Source of the DNA: Leptonemataceae bacterium
GTDB taxonomy: Bacteria; Spirochaetota; Leptospiria; Leptospirales; Leptonemataceae
Direction: 5' to 3'
Assembly (NCBI GenBank): GCA_965227295.1
Contig: OZ245742.1
Span: 4,000,001-4,064,000 of the forward strand
DNA length: 64,000 nucleotides
Part shown: positions 51,015 to 59,580 of the stretch, piece by piece
How the letters are laid out: each line of letters starts with the position of its first letter
How positions within the stretch are numbered: the first letter of the stretch is position 1
Translations under genes and position numbers: made by a program
Notes under the pieces: generated by a model
Database searches by the model: none
What the model saw: only the letters and a program-made list of their open reading frames with translations
What the model was told of the DNA's origin: nothing

Positions 51015-52085
51015 ATGTCCGCAAGTCCCGTCGCCACATCCGAACAAGAAAATCTCCGGTCCCTGCTTCAAGAATTCTACGGCCGGCAAATCTCAAAGAC
51101 CGCCGATCTCGAAACCAACGCCTGCTGCGATGTCAACACCATGCAGTTGCATCGCGAAGCAGTGGCTCTCATTCCAGGGCGCGCCACCGAGAGGTACTAC
51201 GGCTGCGGCAGTCCGTTGCCGGACGACCTGGCCACGTTGAACGGGCTCACCGCGGTGGACCTGGGATCCGGCGCCGGCGTGGACTCCATGATCCTGCGTT
51301 ACTATCTCGGTGAGAGCGGTACGATGATCGGCCTGGACATGACCGACGAACAGCTTGCCGTCGCGCGCGACGCCGGCCGGGAGTTTCTGGAGCGCCTGGG
51401 CTATCCCGCGGACTCCCTGCGTTTCGAAAAAGACTTCATCGAAACGGCGGACAGCATTCCGGACGCCTCGGTGGATCTTGTCATTTCGAACTGCGTCATC
51501 AACCTTTCGCCGCGCAAGGACCTGGTCTACGAAACGATTCAGCGCATTCTGAAACCGAGCGGGGAGTTTTTCATCTCGGACATTGTCTCCGATCGCCGCG
51601 TCGACCTCGCGGACGATCCGGTGCTCGTCGCCGAGTGTCTGGGCCTGGCCCCGTACATCCACGATGCCCACGATACAATGGAGCGCGCCGGTTTCCCGGA
51701 CGTGCGGATCTACTCACAACGCGAGCTGCCGGAGAACGCACGTGTTGCAAAGCGCGGCGAGAACGCGAAGTTTTTCTCGGTGGTGTGGCGCGGCTATAAA
51801 CTGAACGATATGGACCGTCGCTGTGAGGACTACGGTCAGATCGCCACGTATCGTGGGAACCTGGCATCGTCTCCGGCGAAGTTCCGGTTGGATGAAGGCC
51901 ATCTCTTTGAAGCCGGTCGGCCCGTCACGGTCTGCCGCAACACGGCGCGCATGCTTTCGGAGACGCGTCTCGCCCCGTACTTCGACGTCAGCGCGCCCAT
52001 CAAACACTTCGGTTTGTATCAGGACTGCGCCACCCCGGCGGCCCGGAGCGAAAGCACGAATACCTTTGCCGGCGGATGTTGTTGA
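51015..52085 (+). CDS. arsM: Arsenite methyltransferase (ArsM/AS3MT-like)
   Basis: TNACC, YYGCGSP, DLGSGAGVD, GLDMTDEQL, VISNCVINLS, CEDYGQ.A.YRG, terminal GGCC. Confidence 0.85.
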   Translation: MSASPVATSEQENLRSLLQEFYGRQISKTADLETNACCDVNTMQLHREAVALIPGRATERYYGCGSPLPDDLATLNGLTAVDLGSGAGVDSMILRYYLGESGTMIGLDMTDEQLAVARDAGREFLERLGYPADSLRFEKDFIETADSIPDASVDLVISNCVINLSPRKDLVYETIQRILKPSGEFFISDIVSDRRVDLADDPVLVAECLGLAPYIHDAHDTMERAGFPDVRIYSQRELPENARVAKRGENAKFFSVVWRGYKLNDMDRRCEDYGQIATYRGNLASSPAKFRLDEGHLFEAGRPVTVCRNTARMLSETRLAPYFDVSAPIKHFGLYQDCATPAARSESTNTFAGGCC

Positions 52086-52125
52086 TACCATTGATCAAGA
52101 AACGCTCTTTGCTAAATTTGTCCGC

Positions 52126-54558
52126 TTAAAAGTTACTGGCGGGGGCCATGTTGCCGTAGAACTCCAGCACCTCCGGAATCTTCGCTTCCACTTTTCCGCC
52201 GGAGACCTGCACGAACTTGCGTTTCTTCAGAACCTTGAGGCCGCCGCTGGTAATCTTCCTGGCGTCGCGCGTTAAGTAATTCCCGGGATGAGTTTGTACG
52301 AACTCGTCCACCATGGCCGGCAGATCGGCGACGGGCAGGGCGGTTTCGGCCTCGCACAACAATCGCGCGATGATGTGATTCGGCAGCACGCGCAGTTTCT
52401 TCGCCCAGCCCTGCTGGATCTGAAAACCCAGGGCCGTCATGGGATCCTCCGCGTTGATGAACTGCGAAACCCGCACCGGCTCGGCGACGTCCATGAAAAC
52501 GCGGGTGCGGTGTTTTACAAAGGCGCTCACGTCGGTGCTTTTCGCCACACCCGCGAACTCCAGGTCCTCGGGAATGTTTTCGTACGACACGGCCAGAGGG
52601 ACAATGAGAATCTCCGCGCCGGAATGTTGGTAGGCTTCCACCGCCGTCGACAGCAGGCCGGTCTTAATCGGAACAATGCCGCCGGTGCGGCTGCGCGTGC
52701 CTTCCGGGTATACAAGCGAAGGAATGCCCATCTCCAGCATCATGGTGGCGTAACGCGTGAGGCATTCGAGGTACAGAATGTTGCGCGTGCGTTCGCGGTC
52801 CACGGCGTAGGCGCCCAGGGATTTGAGGATCCAGTTCCAGAACGGACTCGTCATGAGATTCGAACCCGCGGCGTAGCGCGGGATCGGCAGGCCGGCGCCG
52901 TAGAGGCCGTAGCCCACTTCCACGGAGTCCAGGTGCGAACGATGCGTGGGGGCGTAGAGAATGTTGTAGCGCGCGGCGAGGGACTTCAGCTCTTCGATCT
53001 CACCGCCCACGTGCGGGATGGCCGAGCCGGGACGGAGGCCGCCGACCAGGGTACGCAACGGGCCGATGGTGTGAATCAACGCCGTGCGCACCGTGGGGCT
53101 GTAGGAGTCCGAGATCTCGTCGACGTAAAACTCGATCAACTCCTCCACCGTTTCGCGAATGTGATCGGGATCGGCCGCGTCCATGGCCTTCCACAACGCG
53201 AGTTCCTGGGGCAGGGCTTCCAGTTCGCGACGATTCTTTTTACGCCGCGCCTTTTCCACGCGGCGCTCCAGGTTCTTTACAATGTTCGGCGCCTGTTTGT
53301 GCACGCGGTCGATCATGCCCCGGGAACCGCTCACGTGGCGGAAGATACGATTTTCGGTGAGCTTCTTGAAGTTGTGCCCGGCGGTATGGGCGAGGCCGAT
53401 TTTTTTCGTCGCCGTGGAATCCTCGTCCGGGGTGGGAATCTTTGGGCGTCCGAACAAAGTAATGAGACTCTCCGGCGTCTTGCGGCGGGAGAGCACGTCG
53501 AAGATCGTCGTGTAGAGCGGTATCTTTACGTCGTGATCCTCGGCGAGTTCGAGAATGGGGGTGAGGGCAAAGGCCCCTTCCACGAGATCGGCGCTCTCGC
53601 TCACCTCACGTTCAATGAACTGCGTCGGCCGAAAGAAAAGTTCAATGCGTTCAAAGAAGCCGGGATCGTTCTCGTGGGATAACGTCTGCCGCATGAACTG
53701 CATGCCGTAACCGCGGTTGCGGCTGTTGGGGGAGGTCGCCGTGGTGACGATGTCCGCGAGCCCGGAGACGCCGAACAACGTTGCCGGCTTCGCGCCCAGG
53801 GCGACACCCAGGCGAAACATTTCTTTGAAGCCCTGACTGACGAGCAGTCCTTGAAGATTCGAGGCCGCCCCGGGCATGACCTCGGCCATGCCGCAGGCGA
53901 TGGCGATGGGATTCTTCAGCGCCCCGCCGATTTCGGTGCCCAGGATATCCGTCGTGGTGGACACGCTTATGAATTCGTTCGTGAGCAGATCCTTGAGCGC
54001 CTGGGCCGTATCCCGATCTTCACAGCCGACGTTGAAGTACGTGTAGTTCGATGCATAGATTTCCGCGAGCAGGCTCGGACCGTTCACCACCGCCACGCGC
54101 AGTTGCCCGGTATCCAGGCCCTTGCGCCGCGCGCTTTCGCGGACGAATTGTGAGAAAGTCCAGAGATGCGAACCGAATTTACGGCGGCTCGCGCGGGACA
54201 GGAGACCCTTCGTAAGAATCACGAACAGGTGAGCGCAGTTCGGCGCGAGGTGATCCAGCAGATGTTCCACCGTATCCTCGAACTGCCGCGACGGCATGGC
54301 GGCGAACAGAGCCTGGGGGCCGTCTTCGAATTCGTCGTACTCGTGGATGACGTCGACATTCTCGTGCAGACGATACGGAGAGCCCAGGACCTGACCCATG
54401 CGGTCCTGGCTCAACCGGCGGGCGTCCCGGGGATCGGGATACCAGAGGCGAACCGGGCCGCCGGTGCCTCCGGCCAGGAGCGAGGACAGGATGAGTCCGA
54501 ACGGGCCGCCGCCCAGGACCGCGAAATTCATTTTTTCGAAATCCAGAGGCTCGGTCAT
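52126..54558 (-). CDS. Fusion: NAD(P)H-dependent glycerol-3-phosphate dehydrogenase plus PlsB/PlsC-type acyltransferase
   Basis: GGGPFG, LTKGL, GGALKNPIAIACG, GLADIVTTATSPNSRN; then PTHRSHLD, YPEGTRSRTG. Confidence 0.88.
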   Translation of the reverse strand: MTEPLDFEKMNFAVLGGGPFGLILSSLLAGGTGGPVRLWYPDPRDARRLSQDRMGQVLGSPYRLHENVDVIHEYDEFEDGPQALFAAMPSRQFEDTVEHLLDHLAPNCAHLFVILTKGLLSRASRRKFGSHLWTFSQFVRESARRKGLDTGQLRVAVVNGPSLLAEIYASNYTYFNVGCEDRDTAQALKDLLTNEFISVSTTTDILGTEIGGALKNPIAIACGMAEVMPGAASNLQGLLVSQGFKEMFRLGVALGAKPATLFGVSGLADIVTTATSPNSRNRGYGMQFMRQTLSHENDPGFFERIELFFRPTQFIEREVSESADLVEGAFALTPILELAEDHDVKIPLYTTIFDVLSRRKTPESLITLFGRPKIPTPDEDSTATKKIGLAHTAGHNFKKLTENRIFRHVSGSRGMIDRVHKQAPNIVKNLERRVEKARRKKNRRELEALPQELALWKAMDAADPDHIRETVEELIEFYVDEISDSYSPTVRTALIHTIGPLRTLVGGLRPGSAIPHVGGEIEELKSLAARYNILYAPTHRSHLDSVEVGYGLYGAGLPIPRYAAGSNLMTSPFWNWILKSLGAYAVDRERTRNILYLECLTRYATMMLEMGIPSLVYPEGTRSRTGGIVPIKTGLLSTAVEAYQHSGAEILIVPLAVSYENIPEDLEFAGVAKSTDVSAFVKHRTRVFMDVAEPVRVSQFINAEDPMTALGFQIQQGWAKKLRVLPNHIIARLLCEAETALPVADLPAMVDEFVQTHPGNYLTRDARKITSGGLKVLKKRKFVQVSGGKVEAKIPEVLEFYGNMAPASNF

Positions 54559-54680
54559 GCGTTCGTAAAATCATGAAGCTTCTGAAGACTCAACCAGGAA
54601 ATGCCGCGTTCCGGAGACGGAGCCGGAAAAGCATTGAAAGCCGGGCGTGAGGCTCCGAAACTGAAATAACCGCCGTTACT

Positions 54681-57600
54681 ATGAAGAATCTTCTCCCGTT
54701 TTTTATTCAGCAGCGCCTGCACGAAGAGACATACGAGGGCTCCCTCCCGGCCCACACGATGTTTATGGACATCTCGGGCTTCACGCCCATGACCGAGCGG
54801 CTCATGCAGGAAGGAAAAGAGGGCGCGGAGATTCTTTCGGCCGAGATCAATCGGCTGTTCACTGCACTCATCGAAGCGGTCTACAGCCGCGGAGGCATCA
54901 TCACCGGTTTTGCCGGCGACGCCTTTACGGCGATTTTTGACGTGGAGGTCGGCGAGAAGCCGTTGCAGATTCTGGAAGCCGCGCAGGAGATCCAACAGAT
55001 CTTCAACGATCACGGCCACGCGGAGACGCGCTTCGGCAATTTCCAGCTTCAGGTGAAGGTCGGTCTGTCCTCGGGCCTGGTGCAGTGGGGCATCACCGGT
55101 TCCGGGGGCGCGCGTTGTTATTACTTTCGCGGGCCGGCCATCGACGGCTGTGCGCAGTCCGAGCAGCACTGTGACAGCGGCGAGATCATCCTGGACGATG
55201 CGATTTTCGCGAAGTACTCCGACGACGAGCGGCCGTCCGTCGAAGCGAAGGCGCCGGGCTATCATCGTTTCGTGGAACTGTCCGTGGGCACCGAGCGTTC
55301 GGTGGCGGAGGCCCTGTCATTTTTTCATCGCAACGAACAACGGCAGATCTACACCGAAACGGCCCTGGAATTTTTTCCCAGGGCGGCCATCGAGGCGCCG
55401 GCCGGAGAGTTTCGTAACATCCTGTGTTGTTTTGTGTCGCTGCGCAGTCCGGAGGATCACGACGAACTGGACGCCCTGGCCGCGCGACTGCGCGAACTCT
55501 CCGACGGCTACGAGGGGTACTTCAACAACCTGGACTTCGGCGATAAGGGTGGTACGGCATTGTTCGTTTTCGGCGCACCGACGTCTCACGAGGATGACGG
55601 CAGCCGGGCGGCGAACTTCGCCCTCGAGGTCCGCTCGTCCTTCGGGGAGCGCGTGCGGATCGGATTAAACTACGGCACGGCCTTCGCCGGCATGATCGGC
55701 TCGGACATTCGCTGTACGTATACGGTCGAGGGAGATGCCGTAAATACGGCCGCGCGGCTCATGACGTCCGCGGAGTGGGGAGAGATCCTGACCACCGCGG
55801 CGACGGCGCAGTTCCTCGGCCCCCTCTTCGCATGCGAGGATGCGGGCCGGCGAGAATTCAAAGGCAAGTCCGAAGCGATAGCCGTGAGCAAACTCACCGA
55901 TAGAAAAGAAGCAACGTTCGAGGACTTCGACGCATCGCTCTTCGTCGGCCGCGAGGCGGAACTGGAAGAGTTGAGCAAGGACTTTCGGACGTTACTCGAC
56001 GATCGTCGTTTCGCCGGTGTACGTTATATTTACGGCGAGGCGGGCAGCGGCAAGTCGCGTTTTCTGCATGAAGTCTTTGCGAAGTACGGCGCGCCCGACG
56101 CTTCCGGGGACCGGGTGGATTTCGCGTTTACCCACGCGGACGGGATTCTCAAACGAAGCATGAATCCTTTCGTGAACTACTTCGTTACGCAGTTCGGCAC
56201 CCACGAGATCGATGACCCGGTCGCTCGTCGAGACGCCGTAGACGGAAGGATCACGGCTCTGCTCGGGCAAATCGAAGCCATGCCGGTACCCGACGACGAG
56301 CACTTGCGCGGACACCGGGAGACGGTGCTCGCCGATCTCTGGCGGACGCGTTCGCTCCTCGGTTACCTGGTGGACGCCGACGTGAGCGGCAGCCTCTACG
56401 AACAGCTCGACGTCAAAGGGCGCTTCGAGAACACCCTGATCGCGATCAAAGAGTACTTTAAGGCCCTGGCGTTGATTCGGCCCACTGTCATCGTCCTGGA
56501 AGATCTGCACTGGGTCGACAGTGACTCGTTAAGTGTGATTGAAAACATGTTACGCTACGTCGACGAATTGCCGCTGCTGGTCCTGGTTTCCGGCCGCTAT
56601 CGGGACGACGGCACCCGCCCGCGCCTCCGCCTGGTCGACGACGTCGTCGTGCGCAGCGTGGAGCTGTCCGCCCTCGAACCTCCGGCGGTGCAGGAGCTTG
56701 CCGGCCATCGCCTCGGCGGAGAGATTGCGGCGAATCTGCTCCAGTTTATCGGTGAGCGGACCCGGGGCAATCCGTTCTACATAACGGAGTTCTGTACGTA
56801 TCTGCAACAAAACGAGTTGCTGGCGAACCAGGCCGGCGTCCTGGACCTTGCCGACACGAACGTGGCGGACATTCCCGCGAGCGTCAACGCCCTCGTCACC
56901 GCCCGTATCGATCGACTGTCCCTGGAATTAAAAGAAGCCGTGCAGATTGCGGCGGTGCTCGGTCGCGAGTTCGATGTGCGCGTGTTGGGACGATTGCTCG
57001 GCCGGGAGGACATCGCCTCCGTTCTCGAACAGGGTCGCTCCGAACAAATCTGGGCGCCCACGGAAATCCAGGATGTGTGCACGTTTCAGAACGGCCTGCT
57101 GCAGGAGGTCGCCTACGAAATGCAGTTGCGGGATCGCCTGCGCGGAATTCACGGCCGGGCCGCGGAGATCCTGGTGGAACGCTACGGCGAAAATCCTGCC
57201 CGGGCCGCGGAAGTGGCCTATCACTACGAGCAGGCGGAGAATGACGACGGCGCGCGCCGGTACTACGGCCTCGCGGCGGACTACGCCTACGACAACTACA
57301 AGAGCGACAAGGCCCAGGAATTCTTCGACAAACTCCTGGACTATGCACAGGACACAGACGCAACCATCGCCATTCTGGAACGTAAGGTGAATTTACTGGA
57401 ACTTACGGGCCGCTGGGACGAGGCCCTGGGCATCATCAACGACGGGCTGCAACTTGCCGGCGAGGATCAACAGAAGGCCGGCGAGTGGAAGGCGCGCATG
57501 GGAGAGGTCTATCAGAAAAAAGGCGACTATGATCGCGCCGCGACCTACCTCTTCGAAGCGGCGAATCTGGGCAAAGCTCTGAATGCCGACCGATTGCTCG

Positions 57601-58679
57601 CCGACGCTCACGGTCATCTGGGGCGTAATTACTGGAGCACCGGTCGTTACGATAAGGCGCTGGAGTGTTTCGATGAAGCCGTCGAAGCGAATCGTCGCCT
57701 GAACGACCGCCGGGGCATCGCGTTGAGCCAGTACTATGCCGGCGTCGTATACCGGGATCGTAACGAGTACGACAGGGCCATGCAGCTTTACAATGACAGT
57801 CTGCGCACTTTCGAAGAGATCGGCGACCGGCGCTACGCAACGTACCCGCTCTACGATATCGGAATCATTCACCAGTACCAGGGGCGTCTGGCGGAAGCCC
57901 GGGAGTACTTCGAAAAAACCGAGAAGCTGTACGCCGAGATCGGCTATCGCAGCGGTTCTTCGGCGACCCTGCTGAACCTTGGCGTCATCGAGATGCGCCG
58001 GGGTGAGTACGATAAGGCCCTGGAATACTTCGCGCACGCGCTTTCGGTGGCGGAGGAAATCGGCGAGTCCATGGCCGTGGGTTATACGCTGTTCAGCATT
58101 GGTACGGCTTATTATCATCTCCACCGCTACGACGAAACGCTCAAGCACTTCCAGCAGGCCTTTACAATCATGCGTAAGATCGGTGCGCGCGGTTACTACG
58201 GTTACGTCTTCGCGTACCTGACGTGCACGTTCGCGCGGACCAACAAAGCCGCGAAGGCCCTGCACGCGGCGCTCCAGCACTTAAAGAACATCCAGGAACT
58301 CGGCGGTTCCGATGTGGAGAACGGGCGCACGCACCTGGGAATCGCCCTCGTGTTGGCCCAGGGCGGGAAGTTCGGTCCCAACGCGCGTAAGCTGCTGGAC
58401 GAGATCCGCTCTGTGACCGGCCTGCCGGACAAGGCGGATGCGTACTTTGAGTTCGCGGTGCAGACGGCCCGCAAGGCGGAGTACGTCATGACCCTGGTGC
58501 CGGCCCTGCGGGAGTACGGGGCCTACCTGGCCGGGCGGGCCTCCCGGGCCCCCTGGTTCGCGGAGCGGGCGAGGGATTGCTTGGCGGAGGCTCATAGCCT
58601 GGCGCAGTCCATGGGCCTCGACGGCGAGCGAGTGCTCATTGAGGAATACGCCGGCAGTCACGGCATCGAAATCGGTTAG
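54681..58679 (+). CDS. Tandem class III cyclase domains plus STAND ATPase plus TPRs (soluble adenylyl cyclase-like architecture)
   Basis: FMDISGFTPMTE, FAGDA, GDKG, GDAVNTAARL, FVGREAEL, GEAGSGKS, VLEDLHWVD, GNPFY, TPRs. Confidence 0.9.
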   Translation: MKNLLPFFIQQRLHEETYEGSLPAHTMFMDISGFTPMTERLMQEGKEGAEILSAEINRLFTALIEAVYSRGGIITGFAGDAFTAIFDVEVGEKPLQILEAAQEIQQIFNDHGHAETRFGNFQLQVKVGLSSGLVQWGITGSGGARCYYFRGPAIDGCAQSEQHCDSGEIILDDAIFAKYSDDERPSVEAKAPGYHRFVELSVGTERSVAEALSFFHRNEQRQIYTETALEFFPRAAIEAPAGEFRNILCCFVSLRSPEDHDELDALAARLRELSDGYEGYFNNLDFGDKGGTALFVFGAPTSHEDDGSRAANFALEVRSSFGERVRIGLNYGTAFAGMIGSDIRCTYTVEGDAVNTAARLMTSAEWGEILTTAATAQFLGPLFACEDAGRREFKGKSEAIAVSKLTDRKEATFEDFDASLFVGREAELEELSKDFRTLLDDRRFAGVRYIYGEAGSGKSRFLHEVFAKYGAPDASGDRVDFAFTHADGILKRSMNPFVNYFVTQFGTHEIDDPVARRDAVDGRITALLGQIEAMPVPDDEHLRGHRETVLADLWRTRSLLGYLVDADVSGSLYEQLDVKGRFENTLIAIKEYFKALALIRPTVIVLEDLHWVDSDSLSVIENMLRYVDELPLLVLVSGRYRDDGTRPRLRLVDDVVVRSVELSALEPPAVQELAGHRLGGEIAANLLQFIGERTRGNPFYITEFCTYLQQNELLANQAGVLDLADTNVADIPASVNALVTARIDRLSLELKEAVQIAAVLGREFDVRVLGRLLGREDIASVLEQGRSEQIWAPTEIQDVCTFQNGLLQEVAYEMQLRDRLRGIHGRAAEILVERYGENPARAAEVAYHYEQAENDDGARRYYGLAADYAYDNYKSDKAQEFFDKLLDYAQDTDATIAILERKVNLLELTGRWDEALGIINDGLQLAGEDQQKAGEWKARMGEVYQKKGDYDRAATYLFEAANLGKALNADRLLADAHGHLGRNYWSTGRYDKALECFDEAVEANRRLNDRRGIALSQYYAGVVYRDRNEYDRAMQLYNDSLRTFEEIGDRRYATYPLYDIGIIHQYQGRLAEAREYFEKTEKLYAEIGYRSGSSATLLNLGVIEMRRGEYDKALEYFAHALSVAEEIGESMAVGYTLFSIGTAYYHLHRYDETLKHFQQAFTIMRKIGARGYYGYVFAYLTCTFARTNKAAKALHAALQHLKNIQELGGSDVENGRTHLGIALVLAQGGKFGPNARKLLDEIRSVTGLPDKADAYFEFAVQTARKAEYVMTLVPALREYGAYLAGRASRAPWFAERARDCLAEAHSLAQSMGLDGERVLIEEYAGSHGIEIG

Positions 58680-58700
58680 GTTTGCACTGCAAACTTTTAA

Positions 58701-59051
58701 TTAATCAATATTAATGGCGATGCGTTTTACGAAGAACTCGCCGGGTTCCCCGTCTTCGGCTTCTTCGCGGACCACGCCGTCCAACTGCATCACCTTTCCG
58801 GTGTAGAACTCCCGGAGCATGCCGGTGAGTTTCCCGCTGATGATGTAGCGACGTTTCCCGTCCTGGACCGTTTCCGTGAGGATGAGGCGTTTGCCTTCCG
58901 TATGCAGGCGGCCGACCTTACGGACAAAATCCTCCGTCACGTTGGTCTCGCTTTCCGCGGATCCCGCGCAGGCGGTCGGCCCCGCCAGTGCAAGCGTCAG
59001 GATCGCGCAGGTTAGGATGGCATGAGCAGGACGTAAATACTTTGTTAGCAT
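58701..59051 (-). CDS. Small putative lipoprotein
   Basis: MLTKYLR...LTLALAGPTAC signal/lipobox-like; divergent from the sensor-kinase operon. Confidence 0.6.
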   Translation of the reverse strand: MLTKYLRPAHAILTCAILTLALAGPTACAGSAESETNVTEDFVRKVGRLHTEGKRLILTETVQDGKRRYIISGKLTGMLREFYTGKVMQLDGVVREEAEDGEPGEFFVKRIAINID

Positions 59052-59250
59052 AGTTGAAACAACAGAAACATACAATGTAGAGCAAGGTCAGCGAACCCAG
59101 CATCCTTACATCCGGTGGAATTACAAGAGATAATCCGTCGATTCGCTTACGCACTTATACGTAAAACCTTAGAGTATTTCCACCGGAAAACATGAAAAAT
59201 ATACATTTGATTTGACACGGGACTTCAGACGGGTGCACGCTTCCGACGCA

Positions 59251-59580
59251 ATGAGAGGGTCGGTCAGGATCGACGTTCTTCAATATACGGAAGGCGTGGA
59301 GCCGGAAGACGAAGACGGCGAAGATTACTCCGGGATTCGTACGGCGGCTGTAGAGCATCGGCGGGACGTCCTGCTGTCGGTGCAGTCGGCCAGCCGCGAG
59401 GCTGTACTCTCCGAGCTGATTGACGGGGATGTGCGGGAGATTCTGGTCCTGGAGCACACTGTCGTCGACATCTACGCCGGGGAAGACAACCGCGATGTAG
59501 TGGAAGTACGGGGGTTTCGCCACGTCGCCGGTAACGGCTATGAACGTTGCCGGCTCGTGTTCTCACCGGGGACACCGTGA
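59251..59580 (+). CDS. Small acidic hypothetical protein, translationally coupled to the sensor kinase
   Basis: ATG at 59251; its TGA overlaps the GTG of the next gene (GTGA 59577-59580). Confidence 0.55.
   Translation: MRGSVRIDVLQYTEGVEPEDEDGEDYSGIRTAAVEHRRDVLLSVQSASREAVLSELIDGDVREILVLEHTVVDIYAGEDNRDVVEVRGFRHVAGNGYERCRLVFSPGTP

Noticed and set aside
374..58280. Long antisense or alternate-frame ORFs (e.g. 374-1204, 7454-8494, 36432-37637, 37906-38943, 47891-49039, 52288-53682, 57393-58280)
   Set aside because: Shadow ORFs expected from high GC3 codon bias opposite well-supported genes; they carry no recognisable motifs.
54681..58679. STAND-TPR protein as an Avs-type anti-phage system
   Set aside because: The effector is a tandem cyclase of a known signalling architecture and there is no defence-island context.
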